A DNA stretch of 64,000 nucleotides from an uncultured delta proteobacterium. Its GTDB lineage: Bacteria > Myxococcota_A > Polyangia > Polyangiales > Houyiibacteriaceae. Every line of letters begins with the position of its first letter. The first letter of the stretch is position 1. Below are positions 9,253 through 18,465 of this stretch, one piece after another. The position numbers and the translations under genes are program-made. Location: NCBI GenBank assembly GCA_963699755.1, contig CAVOVB010000003.1, positions 96,001 through 160,000 of the forward strand. The letters are read 5' to 3'. The notes beneath the pieces were generated by a model. The model did not search any database, had not been told where the DNA came from, and worked only from the letters and a program-made list of their open reading frames with translations.

Positions 9253-10233
9253 ATGAAGTACCCCATCCTCAAGTCAGTCGTTGTGCTCTGCCTTGCCCCT
9301 TTGCTGGCCCACTGCGCGAGCGTTCAGAACGACGTTTGCCCTGCCGGGGAACAGTTGGCCTCGAGCGGCGATACCTGCGAGCCGATCGAATGCAACGGGG
9401 GCGAGCTCGAGGGAGATCTGTGTGTCTGTCCAGGAGAACAGGTCCTCGACGAAGTGACCTGCAGAGATCCGAACGACCCCTGCATTGGCCTTGGATGCAA
9501 TGATGGCAACGGCTGTACCGCGGACAACTGCAACCAGGGCGCCTGCTCGTTCGATGCAGTGCCCGACGGCGAGCCTTGTAGTTTCGGAGATGTCTCCGGC
9601 GTTTGTCTAGCGGGCGCCTGCGACGACGACCCCTGCGCAAGCATCGACTGCGACGACGGAAACCAGTGCACGATCAACGCCACTTGCAACCCCAGCAATG
9701 CACGGTGCGAGGGCGTTCGAGACGCGGCCGATGGCACAGCTTGCGACTTCGGCGAGCTTCCTGGCACCTGCGTATCTGGAAGGTGCGAGGACGCGATGCT
9801 CTGTGCAGGCAAGGATTGCAATGATGACAATCCATGCACCGAAGATGTTTGCGACCGCTTCACTGGAGAGTGCGCGAACCCTGGCCTGGTGGAGCTGACC
9901 CCATGTGAGCTGGAGGGAGTGACCGGAGAATGCATGTCTGCAGTCTGCGTGGGGCTTTGCGAGGATGCGGCCACGCGATGCGATGACCGTAGCGCGTGCA
10001 CGACGGACAGCTGTGATCCGGAGACCGGTTGCGTGAACACCGACAACTGCAACGACGGCAACTCGTGCACGGAAGACGTTTGCACGTCGCCAGCCACTGG
10101 CGCTTGTGTGAACAACATCAGGCCAAACGGAACCAAATGCGCCATCTCTGGCTCCGTCCTGCTTCTTGGCGAGTGCCAGAACGGTGTCTGCAGGAGCATC
10201 ATCATCATCGATCCTCCGCCGATCTTTCCCTGA
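9253..10233 (+). CDS. Cys-rich repeat lipoprotein (CxDGNxCTxDxC repeats), mature N-terminus C-ASV
   Basis: LLAH-C-ASVQ; repeats CNDGNGCTADNC, CDDGNQCT, CNDDNPCTEDVC and CNDGNSCTEDVC. Confidence 0.8.
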   Translation: MKYPILKSVVVLCLAPLLAHCASVQNDVCPAGEQLASSGDTCEPIECNGGELEGDLCVCPGEQVLDEVTCRDPNDPCIGLGCNDGNGCTADNCNQGACSFDAVPDGEPCSFGDVSGVCLAGACDDDPCASIDCDDGNQCTINATCNPSNARCEGVRDAADGTACDFGELPGTCVSGRCEDAMLCAGKDCNDDNPCTEDVCDRFTGECANPGLVELTPCELEGVTGECMSAVCVGLCEDAATRCDDRSACTTDSCDPETGCVNTDNCNDGNSCTEDVCTSPATGACVNNIRPNGTKCAISGSVLLLGECQNGVCRSIIIIDPPPIFP

Positions 10234-10274
10234 GTCAATGGCTTCTGCGTGAGGCTCCGGCGCCTGCCGGGCAG

Positions 10275-11663
10275 CTAGTTCGACTCGATCGCGCCGATGT
10301 CTGGGCCGGCGCCGCTTGGGCGAGGGTCGCCGTTGAAATCGACCTCAGGCGCCACCGCGACCTCGCCCGCGTCGATTGCTGGAGAGCCCTCGCTTAGCGT
10401 ATAGTCGCCCGCCCCGGCGTTGGTGAACATCGGATCACCGATGATGTTCCCAGGACCTGTCGACGTGATGTCGACGTCCGACAAGTTGTTCTTCGTGTCC
10501 GTACAGCCAATCAAGGTCTGGTCGTCGCCACTGGCCGGAAACTGGTTTCCAAAGATGATGTTGCTACTGACGACCGTGTCCAATGCGCATCCGATGATGC
10601 CGATGAAGTTCTCATTGACGGAGTTCCCGACGATCGTGTTGTAGCTGATCGTGGTGGTCGCCCCACTGTTCACCCGAATCGCGCCTTGGTATTCGCCAAG
10701 GTTGCTGTTGCCGATGATCAGATTGTTGCGGATGAGGCCCCCGCCGCTGATTCCGCCCCCGAAATTGCCGGCTATCGTGCTGCGCTCGATGACGGCAGCG
10801 GCGTCGAACGTCACGATCCCGAGGCCGCCGTTGTCGGACACGTTCGACTCGGTCACTGTGAGGTTCGAGCAACTGATGCCGTCCCCATCGTTGCGGTTGA
10901 ACGAGCTCCGGTGGACCGTGATTCGGCCGCTGCTGTCGCAGCTGAGGCCCCTGCCGGTCGATAGGTTGGTCACAGTCAGGCCATCGATCACGACATCGTC
11001 GTTGCCGGTAATCAAAACGCCGGGCTCGGTGCCGCTCGCAGCAGTGAGGTTGAGCGTGGCGCCTTCCCCAACCACGGTGACCGCCTTGTTCGCAATGGCG
11101 AGGCGCTGCATGTACTGACCGGGCAAGAGGCGGAGGTACGGCTTGGTGCCGCCGACGAGATTCACGGCGTCGGGCAAGAACGAGCAGGGGAACGAGCGGT
11201 TGCACATGCTGCCGCTTCCACTTGGCGATGCGTAGACCACGGACGCTTCTGCCACACAGGCGCCGGTCCCGATGTCGCACACCTCCGAGTCGCATTCGCT
11301 GTGCAGGTCGCAAGCCCGGCAGAGCAGGCTAGCCGCATCGCAGACCGGGGAGTTGGGCTCGTTGCAGTCATTGTTGTCGAAACACTCGACGCACCGGCCG
11401 GTCTCCGCGCAAATCGGAAACGATGAGTCCTTGGCGATACATTCGGTCGCACTCACACACGTTCGACACTCACCCTCGACACCACAGATCGGCGTAGACA
11501 CGCTGCATTCGGCATCGGACGTGCAATCGCCTCCGTTCGTCCCGCCGGAACCCCCTGAGCCACCCGGGTTCACCGCTTGCACCTCGGCACAGCCCATCGG
11601 GCTAGTCAGGACCAGGGCGAGCGCCGCGCAAGTCCATAGCCGAGGGACAGACACCATCTTCAT
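10275..11663 (-). CDS. Lipoprotein: Cys-rich repeats + right-handed beta-helix + choice-of-anchor Q-like C-terminus; mature N-terminus C-AEV
   Basis: PMG-C-AEVQAVNPGGSGG; Asn/Gly-rich beta-helix repeats; GSPAIDAG..D..G.PR..GPDIGAIE; GAGG RBS before ATG 11663. Confidence 0.8.
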   Translation of the reverse strand: MKMVSVPRLWTCAALALVLTSPMGCAEVQAVNPGGSGGSGGTNGGDCTSDAECSVSTPICGVEGECRTCVSATECIAKDSSFPICAETGRCVECFDNNDCNEPNSPVCDAASLLCRACDLHSECDSEVCDIGTGACVAEASVVYASPSGSGSMCNRSFPCSFLPDAVNLVGGTKPYLRLLPGQYMQRLAIANKAVTVVGEGATLNLTAASGTEPGVLITGNDDVVIDGLTVTNLSTGRGLSCDSSGRITVHRSSFNRNDGDGISCSNLTVTESNVSDNGGLGIVTFDAAAVIERSTIAGNFGGGISGGGLIRNNLIIGNSNLGEYQGAIRVNSGATTTISYNTIVGNSVNENFIGIIGCALDTVVSSNIIFGNQFPASGDDQTLIGCTDTKNNLSDVDITSTGPGNIIGDPMFTNAGAGDYTLSEGSPAIDAGEVAVAPEVDFNGDPRPSGAGPDIGAIESN

Positions 11664-12070
11664 TGCAACCTCATCGCCTAAGAGAGTCTCTACTTCGATG
11701 GCTACTCTACAGGTCCGGAGGGCGCGTCTCCAATGATTTTGCAGATTGGGGCATTGAGGCAACCACCACCCACTACTGCGGCTCTAGCGGACTAGCCAAG
11801 CCAAAGACAGCCTGGTGGCAGCGATTTCATGATCGCAATCACCGGGGAGACCGAATCGTCGTCCCGGCCAAGGGCCCGATTTCTAGGCTCGAAGCTCGTG
11901 CTGAAGTCAACCGCGCGGCGCCCAAGTTCTTCAAGCAGCCCACCCTAGACCTGTGCTGGTAGGGGTCCCGAAGACGCTCCCAAACGCTCGGTCAACTCGA
12001 TGACTCGCGACAACCCGGTGTTTGGATACGGTGACGACCAAGCGTTACGGGATACCTGGGAAGCCCTGAC

Positions 12071-12088
12071 TGACGACGTTGGTCGTCG
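12071..12088. promoter_or_regulatory. Candidate enhancer (bEBP binding site)
   Basis: TGACGAC-GTTG-GTCGTCG, one mismatch to the palindrome, 41 bp upstream of the promoter at 12129. Confidence 0.6.
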
Positions 12089-12128
12089 CGTCAGCTCACC
12101 GTTCCACGAAATCACTATAGATTCTCAT

Positions 12129-12144
12129 TGGCACGAGTCATGCT
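12129..12144 (+). promoter_or_regulatory. sigma-54 -24/-12 promoter
   Basis: TGGCACGAGTCATGCT, 44 bp before ATG 12188. Confidence 0.72.
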
Positions 12145-12187
12145 TAGCTTCCTCGTACAGCAGCCGAATCGAAAGGAGGCTACAGGG

Positions 12188-13039
12188 ATGGCTCAGAGCT
12201 CAGCGGGAACTTCGATCAGCGCGTCCGTCGGTCGTGACGGACTGAACTTTCGCTGGGACGTGGAGGTGGTCCAGCGGCTGCTCAACGGAAATTCGGAAGT
12301 CCTGGTGCCCCTTCGTCGCTTGATCGTAGATGGGCACATGGGGCCGCGCACCGAGGAGGCCATCTTAGAGTTTCAACGTCGCGCCGTGAATCTGAGCCGA
12401 CCAGACGGACGCGTTGACCCAAACGGCCGCACGTTCCGCGCGCTCATCACAGGTGCACGTCGTGATGGGCCCACGATGAAGAGCGGCAGAGCCTGGGTCG
12501 ATTGGGCGAACCGGTACGCAAAAAAGAGCACCCGGGTAGATGACTTGGCAGAGCCATTTCGATCCAATGCCAGAGCATTCATCAAAGCCGTAGAAGAAGC
12601 CGGCGCCAAGGTGTCGATTCGAACGACCAAGCGCAGCGCCAAGCGAGCGTACCTGTTCCACTGGTCTTGGAAGATAGCCTTGGGGAAATGCAAACCCAGC
12701 GACGCGACGCCCAGGCCGGGAGTGCCCATCGCATGGGATCACGGCGACCTCGCGGCGAGCAGGCAAGGCGCCAAGGAGATGGTGCAGAAGTTTAGGCTTG
12801 CGATCCCTCCCAACAGCGATTTGCCACCCTCTCTATCGAGCAATCATATTCGAGGCACCGCGATCGACATGTACATCACCTGGTCAGGGGCGCTGAACGT
12901 GAAGAAGAAGAACGGCAAGGTTGTCCGGGTGAAGTACGGCCATCCGAATCGCAACAGGGCATTGCATGATGTGGCCAGGTCATACGGGGTAATCAAGAAC
13001 ACCAGAGATGCGCCGCACTGGTCGCACAACGGACGTTAG
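12188..13039 (+). CDS. Peptidoglycan-binding domain + M15-like (LAS-type) Zn peptidase
   Basis: N-terminal ISASVG..DVEVVQRLLN..VDGHMGPRTEEAILEFQ; SNHIRGTAID (SxHxxGxAxD) and DAPHWS; AAGGAGG RBS; no signal peptide. Confidence 0.78.
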   Translation: MAQSSAGTSISASVGRDGLNFRWDVEVVQRLLNGNSEVLVPLRRLIVDGHMGPRTEEAILEFQRRAVNLSRPDGRVDPNGRTFRALITGARRDGPTMKSGRAWVDWANRYAKKSTRVDDLAEPFRSNARAFIKAVEEAGAKVSIRTTKRSAKRAYLFHWSWKIALGKCKPSDATPRPGVPIAWDHGDLAASRQGAKEMVQKFRLAIPPNSDLPPSLSSNHIRGTAIDMYITWSGALNVKKKNGKVVRVKYGHPNRNRALHDVARSYGVIKNTRDAPHWSHNGR

Positions 13040-13126
13040 GGCGGGCTGGCACCCATACATTGGCCCTGACGCGACTGGGTCTTTCCCAAACCCTGCGCGA
13101 CGGATACGCTCGACAAAGGAGCAGCC

Positions 13127-13627
13127 ATGACGATGACAGGATTCAATCACTCGGTGACTTGGCGAGAGTTTCGAACGGTGCCGACGAGGCAGGGGCGAGT
13201 CTCGGAGGACGCTTACATCAAGGCCAACAAGCGGGTCAGCTACGACTTCTCGGGCTCGGGTCGTAGCTACCGCGTCACGGGGGTGACGGCCGAGATCGTC
13301 GTGAATCGGTCGCAAAGTTGGGTGGTGCGAGGCGGTCAGAACGCCGACCTGTTGCGACACGAACAAGGCCACTTCGACATCACCGCTCTCGGGATGCGGG
13401 AAGAAGCCAATCGCATTGCCGCACTAACCGGCAGAAACGGCCGCGACCTCACACGCCAAGCCAACGCGATTCGCCGAGAGATCAACCGCAAGATCGCTGC
13501 CGCCAACAGGCGCTACGACGCTCGCACCAACCACAGCAGCAACAGAGCGGCGCAACAGCGTTGGTCGGCGAGTATTCGCAACGCGAAGTCGCGACCGGAT
13601 GGCACAATCAATAGTTTGCCGGGTTGA
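13127..13627 (+). CDS. DUF922-like predicted Zn metalloprotease (HExxH)
   Basis: VTWREF, SWV, LLRHEQGHFDI, YDARTNH and QQRW. Confidence 0.8.
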   Translation: MTMTGFNHSVTWREFRTVPTRQGRVSEDAYIKANKRVSYDFSGSGRSYRVTGVTAEIVVNRSQSWVVRGGQNADLLRHEQGHFDITALGMREEANRIAALTGRNGRDLTRQANAIRREINRKIAAANRRYDARTNHSSNRAAQQRWSASIRNAKSRPDGTINSLPG

Positions 13628-13710
13628 TAAATTGACCGTGGGTCTTGTCGAAACATCACGGTGAAATAGAGCAATCCGCTTCGCTCCGCACCGAACCGAA
13701 GGAGGGTATC

Positions 13711-14220
13711 ATGGCTGTGAAACTGGTTGGATTTGACCACAAGGTCAGGTGGAGCGAGTTTGAACCGAGGTCGTCGACAGCGAAACCCACCGAGGCGGCC
13801 TATATCTTTGCAAAATTTCAGGTCCGCTACGGTTACGCCTACAATGACGACGAGGAAGGGAAGCATTGGGTCACATGGGTCCAAGCTACGGCCACCGTTG
13901 AACCCGAAAGCTGGGTGATTCGAGGCCAGGAAGACGACGAGCTCCTGCGCCACGAACAAGGCCATTTCGACATCGTGGCATTGTCTATGCGCGAGGCGGC
14001 CTACCTCACCAGCAAGCTCAAGGGCAACAGCGCGGGCGACCTCGAGAAACAGAAAACCGCGATCACAGCAAAGTTCGAAAAGAGCATGCAGGCTGTGAGT
14101 GCACGTTACGATGAGCAAACCGACCACAGCCGAAAAGCAGCCGCGCAGCGGCGCTGGCTTAGAAGCATTCGCAAAGCGAAGAAGAAGGCGACCGGAAGAC
14201 TCAGCGATTTGCCGGATTGA
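13711..14220 (+). CDS. Second DUF922-like predicted Zn metalloprotease (tandem paralogue)
   Basis: VRWSEF, SWV, LLRHEQGHFDI, YDEQTDH and QRRW; GGAGG RBS before ATG 13711. Confidence 0.8.
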   Translation: MAVKLVGFDHKVRWSEFEPRSSTAKPTEAAYIFAKFQVRYGYAYNDDEEGKHWVTWVQATATVEPESWVIRGQEDDELLRHEQGHFDIVALSMREAAYLTSKLKGNSAGDLEKQKTAITAKFEKSMQAVSARYDEQTDHSRKAAAQRRWLRSIRKAKKKATGRLSDLPD

Positions 14221-14270
14221 GCGCGTCCCTCAGACGGATCAATTCAATCCCGCCTCCCCGCCGCCGCCCT

Positions 14271-14290
14271 GAACCTTCCCACGTTGAAAT
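14271..14290 (-). repeat. REP-like 20-mer; exact inverted copy of 17305-17324
   Basis: GAACCTTCCCACGTTGAAAT is the reverse complement of ATTTCAACGTGGGAAGGTTC. Confidence 0.85.
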
Positions 14291-14300
14291 CCCGCCCCGG

Positions 14301-14640
14301 CACATGGTGGTGACGGATGTTCGCTGCGTGCTTCCCGACTTCATGATGGGCTTGGACCGGAGCTTGGCGATGTGCATCAAGGAGCTCCGAGACTGGGACG
14401 AGGTGGTGTGGGAGCCCAACGTTCAGTACGTCGCCGTCGAGCTCGGCGGTCCTTTGGAAATCCTCGACAAGGCTGCTTCTACCGTCCTCAACCCCGTAAG
14501 TAGGTGCAGGCCTGGTACGCACGCCTGAGCGCTGGCCCGGTGTGCTGAGCGCGCTCGGGCAACTTCGACAGGGGACGCTTACTGCCAAGCGAACTCGGGT
14601 GTGGTTCAAGGACAAGGCGCCGACGAAGGTGACGCTCTGA
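14301..14640 (+). pseudogene. HUH/Y1 (RAYT-like) tyrosine transposase remnant, middle part
   Basis: HMVVTD..LPDFM..DKAASTVLNPV, then a frameshift near 14500 into AGLVRTPERWPG..WFKDKAP. 5'-truncated, with Ser at the expected catalytic Tyr position. Confidence 0.7.
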
Positions 14641-14701
14641 TAGACCATGCCTTTGGCATTGAGGGTGTCGTCGGTGATTCGGTGATCCAGCCCCAGGGGC
14701 G

Positions 14702-14953
14702 ATGCAAGCCTTCGGGCTCCAGCTCCGCGGGGCCGACCTGGTCGTCATGATTCCCCAAATCACCAGCGGGCCCCAAGTGCTCCGGTTCCGACGAGGTGGC
14801 GCTGGTATCGCTTCCGCCCCGGGACAGCCGAGTTACCAGGACGGCGGTTACCCACCGCAAGGTGGCCGAGGCGGCATCGTTCTCCCCGACAACGACCCCA
14901 ATCCGGCGAACGACCCCTTCTTGCCGGGCGGCGACAGCTTCGAGTTCGACTGA
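14702..14953 (+). pseudogene. Probable 3' fragment of an unknown gene
   Basis: Protein-like composition, starts right after the transposase remnant, no RBS, upstream in-frame stop. Confidence 0.3.
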
Positions 14954-15024
14954 CACGCCGTAGCCCTTTCTCAAATCCCGCGGGTCGGCTCAGATCTTCG
15001 TAACGCCGTCCGAGGGCGACCTAG

Positions 15025-16380
15025 TTACTGAGGCTGCACCTCGAACGCTCCCACGTCGCACATCGATGTTTCTCCTGCAGGGCGCCGTCTTCCACGCTGG
15101 TCGGTCGTGAGCGGTGCTCCATCCGCATCGACACACACCGATTCCGCGATTCGGTCGATGGCCTCACTGCCGGCGAGAAGCGCATGAGTCTTTGTGAGCC
15201 CCCCGTTGTTCGCTAGCTCTCCAAGTGCCAAGGCGGTCGTGCTCACGTCGAACCGATCGCCCTTGGCACCATCCAGGCCACAGGTGTTGCGAGGGCTCTC
15301 GATATTGCCGCCGCCCGAGGTCACACGGCCTGCCCCGGTACATGCAGTGTAAATCTCGTCGTCCCGGGCGACGATCAAGCTATTCGACACGATCAGAAGT
15401 GCGTTCTCCTTGATGTCAATCGTCGAGAAACCGACTCCCATGGCTACCGTGGAATTGATCAAGGTCAACGTCCCGCTGGACTGCGTGATTGCCGAGTTGT
15501 TCGACGCGTTGTTCCCCGAAACCGTGCTGTTTATCAGGGTCGCCGTCCCAACATTGAACACGCCAGCGCTCTGCGAGCTGTTCTCGGTAACCGCGCTGGT
15601 GATCATGATCATCGTCCCGTAGTTGCTGATCGCATGTGGGCTAGACCCGCCGTTGCTCGACACGGCGGTGTCGATCAAGGTCAACTCACCTGTGCTGTAG
15701 ATGCCGCTGCCGTCTGCGTTGTCGACGCCGCCGTTCTCCGAGACCCTGCTTCGGTTCAACGTCAATGCACCGGTGGTGTAGATGCCAGCTCCGAGGTAGG
15801 CGCTGCTGTCCCGCACGGTGCTGTCGGTCAGGATCAACGTCCCGTCGCTGAAGATACCGCCTCCTTTTTCGTCTTCCTCCACAAGACCACCCGCGATCGT
15901 GATCTGGTGCAGTTCCACCGTGACGCCTAGCGCAACAGAAAACACCCGATGGGCGCTGCCGGCATCCACGATGAAATCGCCCAGGCCGTAGATCTTGACG
16001 TCGTTGCCGATGACGATCTCCTGGGTTGTCATCACTGGGTCGGAACCGACGCAGTTGATGGCATAGGGGCCCCCACCTGCATCAATGGCCTGGACGAGGG
16101 CAGCCTCGGTGCAGGGTACGAGCTCGGCGCACTCGCCTCCTTTGCACACGCCATCGGTGCACGGCTCGTCATCGCTAAGCGGCGTGAACTCGCACACACT
16201 GTCCGCTGTGCAGTTGTTCTCGGTGCACTCGTTGCCGTCATCGCAACTCTCGTCGCTGTCGCACTCGGGTCCCCCGCCGACTCCACCAGAGCCACCCCCG
16301 TTCGCAATGACATTGGCACATCCGACCACGCCCAGTGAGGACAAGGCCACAAGACATACGAATCTAACCAGGTAGTGCAT
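15025..16380 (-). CDS. Lipoprotein: Cys-rich repeat + beta-helix + choice-of-anchor Q domain; mature N-terminus C-ANV
   Basis: VVG-C-ANVIANGGGSGG; CDDGNECTENNC; GGGIF/GAGIY repeats; LGELANNGGLTKTHALLAGSEAID..DQRG..CDVGAFE. Confidence 0.85.
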   Translation of the reverse strand: MHYLVRFVCLVALSSLGVVGCANVIANGGGSGGVGGGPECDSDESCDDGNECTENNCTADSVCEFTPLSDDEPCTDGVCKGGECAELVPCTEAALVQAIDAGGGPYAINCVGSDPVMTTQEIVIGNDVKIYGLGDFIVDAGSAHRVFSVALGVTVELHQITIAGGLVEEDEKGGGIFSDGTLILTDSTVRDSSAYLGAGIYTTGALTLNRSRVSENGGVDNADGSGIYSTGELTLIDTAVSSNGGSSPHAISNYGTMIMITSAVTENSSQSAGVFNVGTATLINSTVSGNNASNNSAITQSSGTLTLINSTVAMGVGFSTIDIKENALLIVSNSLIVARDDEIYTACTGAGRVTSGGGNIESPRNTCGLDGAKGDRFDVSTTALALGELANNGGLTKTHALLAGSEAIDRIAESVCVDADGAPLTTDQRGRRRPAGETSMCDVGAFEVQPQ

Positions 16381-16473
16381 GAGAAACGCTCCAAGCCGGA
16401 TGCCGGTCTAAATACCTGCGGACCGTATCACGGATCGCAAATCCGGTAGAAAAGCCCCACCCTGTATGACCCC

Positions 16474-16493
16474 GAACTTGGCCACGTTGAAAC
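16474..16493 (-). repeat. Degenerate copy of the REP-like 20-mer
   Basis: GAACTTGGCCACGTTGAAAC, 16/20 identical to 14271-14290. Confidence 0.6.
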
Positions 16494-16528
16494 CCGGAGG
16501 AAACGCGTCCCAGGTTCGAACGGAGGCA

Positions 16529-16970
16529 ATGCGCGGCACGATCGAGGTTGAGCGCCCCCGTTCTGGTTCAAGGAGCACGCGCCAGAGAAGGGAGCCTTGT
16601 GCTCAGTGTTCCGCCGCACGTATTGGATCGAGGTGGCTACCTTCCGGCGCTCCAGGCGCTGCTCGGACGTCGCCTTTCCGAGGTGCGCGCCGAGCTCCGT
16701 CGCCAAGGGCGGGGATACCTCGGCCGCGTCCGTGTGCGCAAGACCCGGGCGACCGATCGGCCCACGACGAAGAAGCTGCGGTGCGGGCTCAGCCCGACGT
16801 TTTCTGAGGTGACCTGTGCGGCGTGGCTCGCCACGGTCAAGCAGCTCCGTGCCTTCCGTCGGGCGTATCGCGTGGTGTACCAAGTGTGGCGCAGCGGGGA
16901 CCGAAGCGTAGAGTTCCCGATGGGCACCTGGTGGGTCGTGCGACACGCCGGGGCTGCTGCGGCGACGTAG
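16529..16970 (+). pseudogene. C-terminal remnant of a RAYT-like transposase (second copy)
   Basis: MRGTIEVERP/WFKEHAP aligns with GTLTAKRT.VWFKDKAP of the first remnant; frameshifted; ends LRAFRRAYR..W..G..VEFPMGTWW. Confidence 0.6.
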
Positions 16971-17170
16971 CGAGGGGAAAGCCACACTTCAAGCTCGCGC
17001 GTCGGTTCTCATCAGACCGAGGAGCAAAGGTGCGACCCGAACGGTGCAAGTGCGCCAAGTGACAAGCTGCCGATGACCGATGGGCAAGACGAAGTGCCCG
17101 GGTCACACAAAGGCGTTGCCCGTTTGCGTCGAACGGGATGGAGGGGATGCCGGACGAGAACTCGGTTCGA

Positions 17171-17330
17171 GTTCGCACGTGGGAAGCTTTGCGCGCCGGC
17201 AGCCTCACGACGCCGAGTCGCCGCCTCCCGAGCACCTCCGCACCATTTCAATGTGGGGGGGTCGGATTGGAAGGTTGGGGTTCGGAAAGGTTCGGCTTCG
17301 CACCATTTCAACGTGGGAAGGTTCGCGCGG
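17171..17330 (+). repeat. Cluster of REP-like motifs (ACGTGGGAAG core), left flank of the 17433 gene
   Basis: Cores at 17177-17186 and 17311-17320, a variant near 17245-17260, and 19-mer CGACGCCGAGTCGCCGCCT at 17208-17226. Confidence 0.75.
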
Positions 17331-17432
17331 TCCCACAAAGTGCGATGGGCGGCTTGGCATGCTTGACTTTCACGCTCGTCTTTGAGTTGATCTGCCCTTC
17401 GCAGAGTTGCGGAACGAAACCTGATAAAGATC

Positions 17433-18098
17433 TTGAACCTCCACGCCGCGTGCGCTTTGGTGCTCGCCTTGTTGCTGAGTAGTTGCGCAAATGTCGAACA
17501 GCCCGCAGGCAGCGGAGGGATCGGCGGGAACGGCAGCGGCGGGTCGGGCGGCGCCGGCGGTACAGCTGGGGCCGGCGGTTCGGCGCAAGCGTGCGGTTCT
17601 CCGTCCGCTGCTTTTGCGGTGTGTGGATCCATCACAAGTCAGGCTCCGCCTGATGGTTCTCGCGTGCTCGTCATTTGGGCCGTCGAGCCCTCGGGGTACA
17701 AGTTTGGAGAGGGGACAACATCGGGTGACCAGTACGTCGTCGAGTTCGAGTCCGCTCCGTCCGCGGAGGCCCTGTTCAACGGGATTCTCGGCATTGGCAT
17801 CGTTCTGGTCGTACCCCCCGAACTAGGCGATCTTCCCGATGGCCCGCTCGAGCAAGGCTTGGACCCCTTGAGCGAGAATTGGACCGCGCTTGGAATGACC
17901 GACGCCATCATCTATCGGACCAGTGGATCGTTAGGAGACTGGGATCTCGCCTTCCCGCCAAACGACTACGCCTGCGGGGCATGCATATTCCTCGAACAAG
18001 GCTTCGATGAGTTCGCGCCTTTCAGTTGCGAAGATGGGTTGGATCTCCAGGGCTCCTCAAATCCGGGCGATCTGGTGTACATGTGCAACTTCACCTAA
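17433..18098 (+). CDS. Lipoprotein of unknown function with Gly-rich tether; mature N-terminus C-ANV
   Basis: LLLSS-C-ANVEQPAGSGGIGGNGSGG; TTG start. Confidence 0.75.
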   Translation: MNLHAACALVLALLLSSCANVEQPAGSGGIGGNGSGGSGGAGGTAGAGGSAQACGSPSAAFAVCGSITSQAPPDGSRVLVIWAVEPSGYKFGEGTTSGDQYVVEFESAPSAEALFNGILGIGIVLVVPPELGDLPDGPLEQGLDPLSENWTALGMTDAIIYRTSGSLGDWDLAFPPNDYACGACIFLEQGFDEFAPFSCEDGLDLQGSSNPGDLVYMCNFT

Positions 18099-18182
18099 GC
18101 CCGGGTAGATGTGAGGCGACCACATGGTCCGCTTCCCCGAAGGCAAGTAACGTCGATGTGGCGGAGATTTCCAGGCGGACTT

Positions 18183-18394
18183 TTCCCACGCTCGAATTGC
18201 GGGAAGTCAACGTGCCGACGTGCTCAGCGGCAGAAACTCACGGGCTCTTACTGGGTTCGAATTGTGAAAACGCTGCGGTGACGGTTTTCCCACGTTCAAA
18301 TTGCGCCGACGTGGGAAGATTCGCGGCTCCCCGACGCCGAGTCGCCGCCTGCCGACCGCCTCCCGCACCGTTTCAACCTGGGAAGGTTCGCGGC
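18183..18394. repeat. Cluster of REP-like motifs, right flank of the 17433 gene, including an inverted doublet
   Basis: TTCCCACGT 18287-18295 pairs with ACGTGGGAA 18309-18317; the 19-mer recurs at 18332-18350; TTTCAACCTGGGAAGGTTCG at 18371-18390. Confidence 0.75.
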
Positions 18395-18465
18395 TAAGAT
18401 GCGTGTCGCCAGCCGCGTATGGGTCGTGGTCGTGGACGCGCGATTTCCGGCCGTAACAGGTGAGA

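Noticed and set aside
11700..12060. Structured ncRNA or small ORFs in the long intergenic region
   Set aside because: No recognisable RNA motif, RBS or protein family by eye; an Infernal/Rfam search would be needed
14271..18394. CRISPR array or integron attC array
   Set aside because: Repeats are irregularly spaced, in mixed orientation and degenerate; there is no cas or tyrosine integrase gene and no constant spacer length
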